Below, piece after piece: positions 38,962 to 49,200 of a stretch of 64,000 nt of DNA. This DNA is from an uncultured candidate division WWE3 bacterium (GTDB taxonomy: Bacteria > Patescibacteriota > WWE3 > UBA101185 > UBA10185), in NCBI GenBank assembly GCA_903879985.1, contig CAIRNR010000007.1:280079-344078 (forward strand). The letters are read 5' to 3'. A program made the position numbers and the translations under genes. Numbering within the stretch: the first letter of the stretch is position 1; each line of letters opens with the position of its first letter. The notes under the pieces were generated by a model that saw nothing but the letters and a program-made list of their open reading frames with translations, searched no databases and had not been told where the DNA came from.

Positions 38962-39765
38962 ATGTCGTTTTCGCTTGTTTGGGACACTATAATTTTAAAT
39001 CCAATATTTAATATATTGGCAGTTCTTTATCACGTAAGTCAAAACTTAGGTGTAGCCATTATATTGTTTACGTTTTTACTAAAATTTGCGCTTATTCCAA
39101 TTACCCTTCCACAAATTAAAATGGCCAGTAAACAACGCGAAATGCAGCCGGAGCTAGACAAATTAAAGGAAAAATACAAGCACGACAAGCAAAAGTTGGC
39201 ACAAATGCAAATGGAGTTAATGAAACAGCACGGTATAAACCCAGGAGCTGGTTGTTTAACAACAATAATCACCTTAGTTTTGATGATCGCCATCTACCGC
39301 GCGGTCTCGATATTTACTATCAGCACCAATATTATGGATATCAACAAGCATATCTGGTTTCCAGAATTTCAACTCGGCTCACTTGAAGATATCAAAACTA
39401 CCTTTTTATATTTAAACTTAGCTAAGCCCGATAAGTTCTTTGTAATACCTGTTATTACTGTTGTACTGCAATTTTTAGCCACAAAAATGATGATGCCATT
39501 TGCAGAACTTGGTGAAAAAGCCGCTAAAAAAACACCGGAAAAAACTGACGATATTATGCAAGCGATGCAAAAACAGAACCTATACGTAATGCCATTTATG
39601 TACCTAATATTCGGGTTAACATTGCCATCTGGCGTTATGTTGTATATTATAGTGTCAACCCTATTCCAGGTCGGACAAAGCTACTTCTTCACTGGCTGGG
39701 GTGGATTAAAACCTTGGATTAACAAATTGCGCAGTAAATTAAATTTAAGCCCCGTGAAAAGGTAA
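38962..39765 (+). CDS. yidC: membrane protein insertase YidC/Oxa1 (short form)
   Basis: QPELDKLKEKYKHDKQKLAQMQMELMKQHGINP amphipathic loop and TM core. Synteny with rnpA-yidD. Confidence 0.8.
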   Translation: MSFSLVWDTIILNPIFNILAVLYHVSQNLGVAIILFTFLLKFALIPITLPQIKMASKQREMQPELDKLKEKYKHDKQKLAQMQMELMKQHGINPGAGCLTTIITLVLMIAIYRAVSIFTISTNIMDINKHIWFPEFQLGSLEDIKTTFLYLNLAKPDKFFVIPVITVVLQFLATKMMMPFAELGEKAAKKTPEKTDDIMQAMQKQNLYVMPFMYLIFGLTLPSGVMLYIIVSTLFQVGQSYFFTGWGGLKPWINKLRSKLNLSPVKR

Positions 39766-39769
39766 ATAT

Positions 39770-40222
39770 ATGAATATAAAAACTATAAAATCTTTTTTAG
39801 ACGAAATATTTAAGCACTTAGGCATTAAGCCAGATGTGCAAATTGAAGAATTAGACGATAAAGCCTACAAAATTACAATTGAAGGAAACGACTTAAGTTT
39901 CTTAATTGGATTTAGAGGCGAATCTTTAGAGGCATTGCAATCAATAATTAGTATGATGATGCTAAGAAAACTTGGCGAACCAGTATCAATAATATTAGAT
40001 ATTAATGGATACCGAGATCAAAAAGCCGAAAGAATAGTAAGTCTAACAAAAACATTTATAGATAAAGTCAGATTTTTTGAAAAAGATGTGGAAATGCCAC
40101 CAATGAATCCTTGGGAAAGACGCCAAGTTCATGTACTAGTCGCTGAATACGATGACGTTGAATCAGAAAGTACCGGAGAAGGTCCAACAAGACGAGTTGT
40201 ATTAAAACCAAAGCACAAGTAA
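39770..40222 (+). CDS. jag: Jag/KhpB-like RNA-binding protein (KH + R3H)
   Basis: LIGFRGESLEALQ (KH-like) and RRQVHVLV (R3H). Follows yidC. Confidence 0.7.
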   Translation: MNIKTIKSFLDEIFKHLGIKPDVQIEELDDKAYKITIEGNDLSFLIGFRGESLEALQSIISMMMLRKLGEPVSIILDINGYRDQKAERIVSLTKTFIDKVRFFEKDVEMPPMNPWERRQVHVLVAEYDDVESESTGEGPTRRVVLKPKHK

Positions 40223-40250
40223 TATTGCCTAAACGCAACGTACGATAATT

Positions 40251-41369
40251 ATGAAATTTAGCTGTCTACAAGAAAATCTATCTAAAGGGCTTCAAGTCGT
40301 ATCTAAAGCAGTACCAACAAAGGGACCGCTTCCTATTTTATCGAACATATTAATCTCAGCGGAACAAGGTCGCTTAAAACTTGTCGCCACAGATTTAGAA
40401 ACTACCATCATCACCTACGTCAACGCTTCAGTAGACGAAGAAGGCTCTGTAACGGTTCCTGCAAGAATATTAAAGGAATTTGTGACTAACCTATCCCCCT
40501 CAACAATAGAAGCTAAATTAGACCGAGATATTTTGCATTTAACATCACAAAAAACTAAATCTAAATTTAATGGAACAAGTTCTGCTGACTTTCCGGAACT
40601 ACCCACAATTGATACTTCGGTTGACGCTATTGAAGTAGATGCAAAAGAATTTGCGCGCGCCGTAGCTGTTGTAGCATTTGCCTCAGCCACCGACGAAAGC
40701 AAACCGGTCTTTACAGGAATATTCTTAAGTTTTGCTGATAACATACTTACCATCGCTTCAACTGATGGATTTAGACTTTCTGAAAAAGCCTTAATTTTAA
40801 AAACCGTAAGCAAAGAGTTCACCACAATAATACCTGCTAAAACATTAAGTGAAGTTACAAAGATATTTTCAAACGCAACCGAACCATTAAAAATAATCAT
40901 TAGTGAAGATGCAAATACGGCAGTATTCCAAGCTGACGACACAACAATATATACCAGGATTTTGGACGGACAATATCCTGACTACAAAAGAATCATTCCA
41001 GCAAATGCCACTTTAAAAGCACAGTTTAACGAAGAAGAATTTTCGGAAGCTGTTAAATTAACAAACATATTTTTAAAAGAAGGCGATAACAATACTTTAA
41101 AGATAAGATTTGATCCTAAAGGTGTTATTAGAGTAGCTTCCTTGGCCGACGAACAAGGATCCCACGAAAGTGAATTGGCCGCTGAAATTGAAGGTGAAAT
41201 GTTGGAAGTTGCATTTAGCGCCAAATATTTATTGGACTTTTTAAATAATGTTAAATGTCCTATTCTGGTATTTGAAACTAGCGGAAATAAGTCAGCATGT
41301 TTATTGAGACCACAAAACCAAGTAGAGCACGAAGGATTTTTGCATATAATAATGCCCATTCAGATTTAG
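40251..41369 (+). CDS. dnaN: DNA polymerase III beta sliding clamp
   Basis: MKFSCLQENL...LPILSNILISAEQGRLKLVATDLE. ~370 aa with three-domain length. Confidence 0.85.
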   Translation: MKFSCLQENLSKGLQVVSKAVPTKGPLPILSNILISAEQGRLKLVATDLETTIITYVNASVDEEGSVTVPARILKEFVTNLSPSTIEAKLDRDILHLTSQKTKSKFNGTSSADFPELPTIDTSVDAIEVDAKEFARAVAVVAFASATDESKPVFTGIFLSFADNILTIASTDGFRLSEKALILKTVSKEFTTIIPAKTLSEVTKIFSNATEPLKIIISEDANTAVFQADDTTIYTRILDGQYPDYKRIIPANATLKAQFNEEEFSEAVKLTNIFLKEGDNNTLKIRFDPKGVIRVASLADEQGSHESELAAEIEGEMLEVAFSAKYLLDFLNNVKCPILVFETSGNKSACLLRPQNQVEHEGFLHIIMPIQI

Positions 41370-41425
41370 AATAGTAGTAGAAAACCGCGTAACTTATAAA
41401 TTCACCATAACTATTTTATTTGCTA

Positions 41426-43684
41426 TTATCTCAAATCTTCAGTACCGTCGTTTTGTGTACCACTTGTTAGCGTTTGGTTCATAGGTAAAGGTGTAGCAGG
41501 GCGTGGTGGAATACTTCCTGTGTTAGTAGGCATACTCGCGGCTACGGAGTTTAATATTTCCTCACTCGAAGGCATTCTATTTATATCTTTTGGTTCTTCT
41601 GCAGGCTTTTCCACAGGTTTTGGAGCAGACGCTGGTTGAACAGGCTGTGATTGCACTTGCGACAAAGAAGATGTTGTATCCATAATCGTTGATGTCTTAA
41701 TACTTGGAGCAGCCGGGGCGCTACTAAATGGTTTTTGAGCATACTCTGGTTTTACTTTTCCTTGCGCGTCAAAGGTTTCATACTTGTCGTGATTTAAAGT
41801 ATTAGACATGGAATCCATTGGTTTATAAGTTTGTCGTGGTGAAGCTGTTGGTGCAACTTTTCCGATTAAACCTTCCGCACGAAGTTTTAATAATTCTTCT
41901 GGGTTTGTAGTGATTAATTTATGCTCAGCTTCCGAAGCCATAATTTTAATAGCGACGTGGTTGGAACCGGCAAAGAACAATCCTTCTCCTACACCGGCTG
42001 AGAGTAACAATCTTTTTTCTCCTTCGGACAAGTAAAAGGTTTCGGCAACTTTATCAATTCCTGCGGGGTGCTGTTTAAGCAAAATTTGAATTGACGAGTT
42101 TGTAACAATTGCTTTTCCATACTCAGAAGTTAAAAAGTCATCAACATCTTGAGAAATTGTTGTTAAACCTAGGTAATATTTTCGTGCACGTTTAGCAATA
42201 CCGTACATAAAGCGCGCCGAATCTTCGTTTTGCATCAAATACCATGCTTCTTCAACGATTAATATTCTTTTGCGTAATTCTTTTTTAATACGTGTCCAAA
42301 CAAAATCCAGGATCATGTAAAATGCAATTGGGCGTAATGCTTCCTCAAGATTTTGAGTTGAAAAAACGGTCATGCGACTTTCAAGATTAATGTTTGATTG
42401 AGAGTCGAAAATACCTGTCATTGAACCCTTAATAAACTTTTCTAATCTATCAGCCATTCCGTGAGCTTCAGGTTCGGCTGCACCAAGTAAAACTTTGTAT
42501 AAATCTTCCATAACTGGCGGCTCTCTGTTCATTTGAGTATCTGGATCTGTGGTAATTCCTTTGATACGATAAGTTTCAATTAAGGCACGATCCAAAATAG
42601 CTTCCTCAGCTGGAGACATTCCGCCAAGCATAAGTTTAAGTAAAGTTACAAGTGAAATTAATTTTTGACCAAGTTCGTTTTCACCTTCGGTAGCTATTCC
42701 TGCTAAATCAAATGGGTTTATTTTAAATTTAGAATTTGCAGAAAAGTCGATATAGTTTCCGCCAACAGCTTCGCATAGTGTTTGATACTCTTTTTCAGGA
42801 TCGATAATCATTAGGTCTGCACCGAATACCATTAATCGAAGTGCTTCTAACTTAACAAAATATGATTTACCTGAACCAGACTTTGCAAAAACAACGGAGT
42901 TAGCATTTTCCATAGAGAAACGGTCAAAGATAATAAGAGAACCATTGTGTCTGTTAATACCATACATAATTCCCTCTTCCATCGTTAAATCGGAAGTTGT
43001 GAATGGGAAAGTTGTAGCCAAACTTGTTGTGTCCATGTTTCTCGTTATGAGAAGTTTATCTAAACCAGCCGGAACCGTTGATTGAAAAGCATCTTCCATT
43101 TGTAAAGCTGCTGCCTTTGAGATTAACAACAAAGAACCAAGGGTTGATTCTAATTTTGCAGTAACATTTTCCAACTCTTCAAGTGAAGCTGCAGGAATTG
43201 TTATGTAAAAAGAGAACTGGAAATATTTTTCAACACCCTTAACCAATTGCTCTTGTAAAGATTTTGCATCTTCAAGGGCTGCAGTAACAACTGGATCACT
43301 AATTTTACCTTTTTCTACGTTTGTAATTGTTGTTGCTTCTAGTTCTGTAATTTTTCGGCGAAGGTCATCCAAAATTGTTTTTGACTTAACCGGATAATAA
43401 AACATGGAAATGTCTAGGGTATGTTCAAAGTTAATGATTGGAGAAAGCCAGTTAGCCCCGACAAATCGAGGATAACCTGCAACAAATAAAGTTCGATAAT
43501 ACATGTTTCCTATACGAACATAGGTAAAATCAACCTCAATAGCGGAAGGAGCAATAATATCTCTAACGTTAAGCATTCCCTCAGCCAGAATTTCAGCAGG
43601 TGCTTTATCAATAGCCGATCCTGGGATTTGTCCCTCATGCGATGGCTTTTTTTTGTTAAACATTGTAAATAGATTTATTGACAT
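41426..43684 (-). CDS. VirB4/TraC/CagE-family type IV secretion ATPase
   Basis: FAKSGSGKS Walker A, RILIVEEAW Walker B (DEAW-type), and a VirB4-like N-terminal region (YPRFV...W). Confidence 0.7.
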   Translation of the reverse strand: MSINLFTMFNKKKPSHEGQIPGSAIDKAPAEILAEGMLNVRDIIAPSAIEVDFTYVRIGNMYYRTLFVAGYPRFVGANWLSPIINFEHTLDISMFYYPVKSKTILDDLRRKITELEATTITNVEKGKISDPVVTAALEDAKSLQEQLVKGVEKYFQFSFYITIPAASLEELENVTAKLESTLGSLLLISKAAALQMEDAFQSTVPAGLDKLLITRNMDTTSLATTFPFTTSDLTMEEGIMYGINRHNGSLIIFDRFSMENANSVVFAKSGSGKSYFVKLEALRLMVFGADLMIIDPEKEYQTLCEAVGGNYIDFSANSKFKINPFDLAGIATEGENELGQKLISLVTLLKLMLGGMSPAEEAILDRALIETYRIKGITTDPDTQMNREPPVMEDLYKVLLGAAEPEAHGMADRLEKFIKGSMTGIFDSQSNINLESRMTVFSTQNLEEALRPIAFYMILDFVWTRIKKELRKRILIVEEAWYLMQNEDSARFMYGIAKRARKYYLGLTTISQDVDDFLTSEYGKAIVTNSSIQILLKQHPAGIDKVAETFYLSEGEKRLLLSAGVGEGLFFAGSNHVAIKIMASEAEHKLITTNPEELLKLRAEGLIGKVAPTASPRQTYKPMDSMSNTLNHDKYETFDAQGKVKPEYAQKPFSSAPAAPSIKTSTIMDTTSSLSQVQSQPVQPASAPKPVEKPAEEPKDINRMPSSEEILNSVAASMPTNTGSIPPRPATPLPMNQTLTSGTQNDGTEDLR

Positions 43685-43696
43685 ATTATATTAACC

Positions 43697-44398
43697 TCAC
43701 TCTTCCAAAATTGCCGGATTTACAATAGCTGTTTTGTAATCCCCAATATTTGTTCTAATTCTCTGACCATGTACAGTACTTGGATTGTAAATATCAAAAT
43801 ATAATTCGACTAACTCTTGCGTTGACAACTGTTTTACTTTAATACCTAAACGATTGAACTCTTTAACAATATGATCAACCTTTGGTGCAATCTCTAAAGT
43901 TCCCTCTTTTAAAACACGATCAACATTAACGTTTACTCTTTTATTATAAGTACCCAAAAGTTTGTTAACCCATTCAAATGGTCCTGAACCTCCCTGACCT
44001 GCTGCCGGAGCACCCGATGGAATAACAACGTAAAACTTCTTGTCTAAAACTTCATTTTTTCTAATAACGTCCTGTACAAATTTTCTATACGCTTCTGCCT
44101 GATGTTTTAAAAGTGGATCGGTTATTTTTTGTTCAACACGCAATATTTTTTCTATGTACTTAGTAATATCCAATTTTTTGGAACGTATAACAATTTGTAC
44201 GTGAAAAGTGATTGAGTTTAATAACATTGAAAATGCGGCGATAATGGCATCCTGCTCAATTTCTGACAATAAATCAAAGTTAACTGATGTAGTTTGCAAA
44301 ACGGCACAAACAACGCCGGTTTTTAAAATAACGTGATTATCCTTAACATCTAAGATGTCTAAATGTTCTTGAGTTGTAGATACTATAGTTGCGGGCAT
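43697..44398 (-). CDS. hypothetical protein co-transcribed with VirB4-like ATPase
   Basis: 13-nt gap to the VirB4 gene on the same strand. No TM segment and no recognised motif. Confidence 0.4.
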   Translation of the reverse strand: MPATIVSTTQEHLDILDVKDNHVILKTGVVCAVLQTTSVNFDLLSEIEQDAIIAAFSMLLNSITFHVQIVIRSKKLDITKYIEKILRVEQKITDPLLKHQAEAYRKFVQDVIRKNEVLDKKFYVVIPSGAPAAGQGGSGPFEWVNKLLGTYNKRVNVNVDRVLKEGTLEIAPKVDHIVKEFNRLGIKVKQLSTQELVELYFDIYNPSTVHGQRIRTNIGDYKTAIVNPAILEE

Positions 44399-44399
44399 T

Positions 44400-46214
44400 T
44401 TATTTACTAATAAATTCCATTGGTGGAACTAATTCTCCTTTTAATTGTACAGAAATTATATCAAAGGTTAAGTCCTTTCCTTCAATTGGACTTACTTCTA
44501 TTGTATATGAACCATTTACCAAAGGCGACGTGAGAATAAATTGACCAATTGCATTTGTTTTAATAGCGCGTACTGGATCACGTCTATCATTTTTTATAAT
44601 AAGCAAAACATTTTCCATACCCTTTCCTTCTTTACTACGTACTACTCCCGACAAAGTATTTGGATTGTTAGTCAAAGGTTGCATGCGTGCGAATGATGGT
44701 GTTGAACCCACCTGTGGCGATGCGACACTTGAAACTTTTTCATCGATCTTTGACTGCAAATCTTGAATCTGTTTACTAAGTTGCGCGGAGGCATCGGTAA
44801 TAGAATTCCTTTGAATCTCTAAGCGCTTCAATAAGCTTTCCTGACTACTTGTTTCTTTTGAAGCAGTCTTACCTGCAGTAATTTCATCTTTTAGTTTTTG
44901 AATTTCATTATTTAAATCCTCGTTTTGGGCTTTTAATTTCTCTTCAACATCGGTCGCCTCCGTACTAACATCTTTTTCAGGAGTCTCAACTGGTGAGGTA
45001 ACTACTTGTGCAGTACGCTGTTGTGGCGCAACTCTTGGTACAGTGGTCAAATGAATTCCTTCTTTTTCTTTAATGCTTTTTAAAAGTTCTTGAAGTCTTT
45101 CTGCCTTAGCTTTTATATCGTTCTCAACGTCAACTTCATCAACACTTCTAATCACGCGCTCTCCGCGGATTGGCAATATCAATTCACCACTTTCAGGTAA
45201 TAAGTTTGTAAATTTACGACCAGAATGCATGTCAGGAGTAATTGGGACATACCCTTCAATTGGTTTTTGGTAGTTTTCATAATTTGGAGTACTTTCAATG
45301 CGTAATGGTCTATTCTTAGGAGCAGCCGGTGCCGAAACAACCGGTACGACAGGAGTTACTGCAGAAGTGGTGGCAACGGTAGGTGTAACTGGCGCAGGTG
45401 ACGCTTGAACTGGTTTTACAGCTGCAACAACAGGTTGTTGCGTTGGTTGTTGTACCGCCATCGCCGAAACAGTTGCTGTAGGTACAATACTTTCCACAAC
45501 AGAATTGTTCTGTACAGTTGCGTCTGTCGACGCATTTTTAACTTCTGCAACTTCCACCTTTGGCATTTCAGGCTTTTTCTCTGGAACTTGCTCCTGTGGT
45601 TCTTCCGCAGGTAATTGCATATCTTGCTGAGGTAATGGTGGGAATACAATAGCCGGTTCCTCATAAGTAACCGAAACCGATGTTGGTACACCTTGAGAAG
45701 GTACAGACACTACACCCGCGTATGCCTCGTGTACTTTCATAGCATATTTTCTCTCAGGAATATCTAACGGATCGTCGTCAGTCGCGGTTTCTTGGTATTT
45801 CAAATATTCTTCCAAACGTCGACGACTTGAAGTTGGCGCAAGTGTAATTAACTCTTGTTTAACAACATTTAAATTATCTTGTAGAAATGCTGTTGGAATA
45901 GTGGGTTCTTTATGCCACACACGTTGTGTAGGAAAATAAACCGAGCGAATAAAATTAACAATCCATTCATCAAGACCGCGCTCTTGGAAAGGAATAAATG
46001 CCAAACCCAGTGCTAGTAGTGCCAAGAAAACTGTTATTGGCCACTTAAACAATCCCACAACTGTAACAGTACTAAGGTAAGATAAAATTCCAAATACCAA
46101 CAAATAAGCAAATTGGCGCATCGTCAAATCACCAACAAGTTTAAATTCCACATCCATAATATTTTGTGGAACGGCATGCTGTTTATTTGATAGAGGCATT
46201 TCTGCTAATGGCAT
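44400..46214 (-). CDS. membrane protein: N-terminal 2-TM (VirB3/PrgI-like position), Pro/Thr/Val-rich linker, coiled-coil, C-terminal CarboxypepD_reg-like beta-sandwich
   Basis: Two TM helices (YLLVFGILSYLSTVTVVGLF, ITVFLALLALGLAFIPF). Low-complexity PxVT stretch. C-terminus GVVRSKEGKGMENVLLII ... AIGQFILTSPLVNGSYTIEV resembles CarboxypepD_reg. Confidence 0.45.
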   Translation of the reverse strand: MPLAEMPLSNKQHAVPQNIMDVEFKLVGDLTMRQFAYLLVFGILSYLSTVTVVGLFKWPITVFLALLALGLAFIPFQERGLDEWIVNFIRSVYFPTQRVWHKEPTIPTAFLQDNLNVVKQELITLAPTSSRRRLEEYLKYQETATDDDPLDIPERKYAMKVHEAYAGVVSVPSQGVPTSVSVTYEEPAIVFPPLPQQDMQLPAEEPQEQVPEKKPEMPKVEVAEVKNASTDATVQNNSVVESIVPTATVSAMAVQQPTQQPVVAAVKPVQASPAPVTPTVATTSAVTPVVPVVSAPAAPKNRPLRIESTPNYENYQKPIEGYVPITPDMHSGRKFTNLLPESGELILPIRGERVIRSVDEVDVENDIKAKAERLQELLKSIKEKEGIHLTTVPRVAPQQRTAQVVTSPVETPEKDVSTEATDVEEKLKAQNEDLNNEIQKLKDEITAGKTASKETSSQESLLKRLEIQRNSITDASAQLSKQIQDLQSKIDEKVSSVASPQVGSTPSFARMQPLTNNPNTLSGVVRSKEGKGMENVLLIIKNDRRDPVRAIKTNAIGQFILTSPLVNGSYTIEVSPIEGKDLTFDIISVQLKGELVPPMEFISK

Positions 46215-46259
46215 TTATATAATTCTATCAGCTAGTAACTTACAAAGCTACGCAGGAAA

Positions 46260-49200
46260 CTAATACAGACTTACATTATAAAGGGAGTCTTCTTGTAAAA
46301 TTCCACTTTTGTAAACTGTATCTTTGTCTACAGATAAATTAGAACTTGAAGACATTACATGCATACCAAATGGTGGATTGAATACAAACTGGAATTCATC
46401 ACCGTTTGTACCTGGCTGTTTTTGCCAATAAAGTTTGTAGTCCTTTTGCGTAGATGTTATTGAAAAGTTTGTAGGCAAATCGTAACTAAAGATTAAACGT
46501 GCGCTCTTTCCGGTTAGCAACTTAAACGAAGTTTCGAAAACGGTGTAATTACCTTCAGTTGAAACTACAACATCTTTAAATATATCGGTTTCGGTTGTGC
46601 CATCAAATATTAATTTTGCACCCGTAATTTTTGATCCGTTTTGTACTATAACTCTTACGTAATCTGTGTATGGTCCTGCTGGCCAGGCATCACTTGTACC
46701 TGTGTGTTGATAATCCAAATATAAGTTAGCGCGCAATAAACCGTCGCGTGTTAAAGAATTTACTTCGTATAAAAGTTTGTTCTTAACATAGTAGTTAGCT
46801 TTTGTGCCACCAACATTTGCATTCACGACATTTAAATAATCTCCATCAGTTTGAACCAAAGACCCATCCCATTTTTTATCTTTTAAAACCAGGCTTAAAG
46901 GATTATTGGTTAAGTAAACTGCTAAATGACGCTCGGTTAATGAAGTATTAATCGCAGTTAATAAGTTTGGTGTAGCATCTTGTTTTAAAGCAAATAACTT
47001 TTCCAAAAGTTTGCTTCCTAAAACAGTTAAGAATGAACGTTTTTGGTCTGAACCATCTTTATAGTTAAAATCACTGTGTAATTGGGCACGTTCATAAAGG
47101 TTATCCGCATTAATTTCTTCGTTGTAAGCTGCTAAAAATACAGGTCCGGTAACTTTAAGAATATTTTGAACAAAGCTCAAATCCAATGAAACGTAACCAT
47201 CCATTTTTACGCCGGTTACTTTGTAATATAAATCATCAAATGTTTGGGCGGATTTGGTAAAGTCAGGATCCCAATTTGAATTTCTCAGGAACAACTGCTT
47301 TTCTCCCAAAAACTTAGCGATAGGCTCAGGAGATTTAACGTTTACGCCACGCAACGTAATTTGTCCGTCGGGATTATAAATGTCGTCAATAACTAAATCT
47401 TTAAGTTTACCTTTATCAAAAGTTAAGATTCCATATGAACCAATAAAGCCTCCTGTTGGTCTAAGTTCATTAGAATTTTGAAACCAGACTAAATATTTCT
47501 TTTGTGTATCGGAACCCAAAAGCTGGGGTAATTCTGCAACCAAAGAATTTAATAAATTCAAGTTTGTTCCCATACCGCCTAAACTGTTTTTGTAAAATTC
47601 AACCTTGTCGCGATATTTTACCGGAACATCGTTGGCATCAATGTACTGGGCATCGGCTTGCGCGAGATTTATATAATTTTTGGCATTGGCAATTTCCAAT
47701 TGAGCGTTTTCAAATGTCAAAGGATCAAGCGTGGCCGTGGAATCAGGCCTCACTACTTCCCATAGAGCTTGCAAAGGCTTAACTGCGGTGGAAATACTTT
47801 GAGCAGATTTAGAAAAATATGCTAAAGAACTTAAACTTTTATCATAAGTACTAAATGTTTTTTGCTTTCCTGCAACGTTAAAAAGCCACTGTAAACTGTG
47901 AAGATATCTACGAGCGGACGTAAAGTCTTCGGCAGCACCCAAGGAAGCTTTGGATATATCGTCGGCCTTTAATCCAAGTGCCGAATCCTGAAGTTTTTGT
48001 AATGACGCAATACCGCTGGTAGCACTTCGATACGCCAAAAAAGATGGCGCTGCAACAAAAACCACAAAGGCTGCAAATGTTATGGAAAAACCATACAAAA
48101 AATACATTAGTATCTTTTGCACTAATGAAACTTTTTTTGTAAATATAGGAGCATTAGTTCGTTTAAATATGCTAAACAAAGATGACAGGCTGAACTTAAA
48201 TTTATTGATAGGTTGCTTAGACTCCAATTTTGGTGCAATAGGCGGAACCGCTGCAGGCCATGTTGGTGCGTTACTTGGCACGGGTTGCGCTGTAAAAATT
48301 TCGGAGGCTTTAGCATTTTGCAAAGTGAACAATTCTGCCGCCGAAGCCTTTTGCTTGGATTCTTGTTTTTGTTGAATATATTTACCTGGTTTAAAAGTGT
48401 TTTCATTTGGCGTATAGCCAAACCATTGCAAGGTTTTAATTATTCCTTCTTTTAGAGTTACTTTTGAAAACCAATTTAGTTCTTTAAGACTTGCTGTATT
48501 TGGTAAGGCTGCTTGAGGCATGGCATCTGTTAGACGGGGTTTAAATTGGACATCCACGCCACCATCAGCTAAGCTTTTTACAACATACGCTAATTCCAAC
48601 ACGGATAACTGCTCCCCTGGAACTAGCGAGTAGATACCACCCTTTGTATCCTGGTTAAATAGCGCTTTGAATAAACCCGAAACGGCATCAGCAACATAAA
48701 GATAATATTCCCTCTCAAAACCTTCGCCATAAATTGTAACGTTGTGACCCTCAATAAGATCTTTTAAAAAGGAACCTAAGTTTCCGCTTGAATCCAAACT
48801 CATACGTGGACCATAAACTTCAGGCAATCTCACAATACGCACGTCTGTATCATTCTTTTTAAAATATTCCCAAGCAACAGCTTCAGCAAACCTTTTAGCT
48901 TCGGTTAGGCTAAACTTATTGTCCTCCATACCCGAATGTCCAAAATACTTTTCCATATCCTGCTGAGACATACGTCCTTGATATACATCCATTGTGGAAA
49001 CAAGTAGAAATTTTCCGTTAGATTTATTAACAAGATCCAATAAATTTTTGGTTCCAAGTGAGTTAGTTAAAAGTGAGTCTAGGTTAATTAATTCTTTGCT
49101 AAATGAATATTCTTCAAGTCCCGCCAAGTGCATAACATAATCAACAGATTCTATTTCTTCAGGAATACCTTGATTAATATCCACATCGTATAAAGCAAAA

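Noticed and set aside
45405-45691. Overlapping + and - ORFs (69 and 91 aa) inside gene 44400..46214
   Set aside because: Artefacts of the low-complexity Pro/Thr/Val-coding repeat region, with Arg/Leu/Cys-rich nonsense translations.
47504-48455. Several 80-100-aa ORFs on both strands within 46260..49385
   Set aside because: Embedded in the long SDR-fusion gene. None has motifs.
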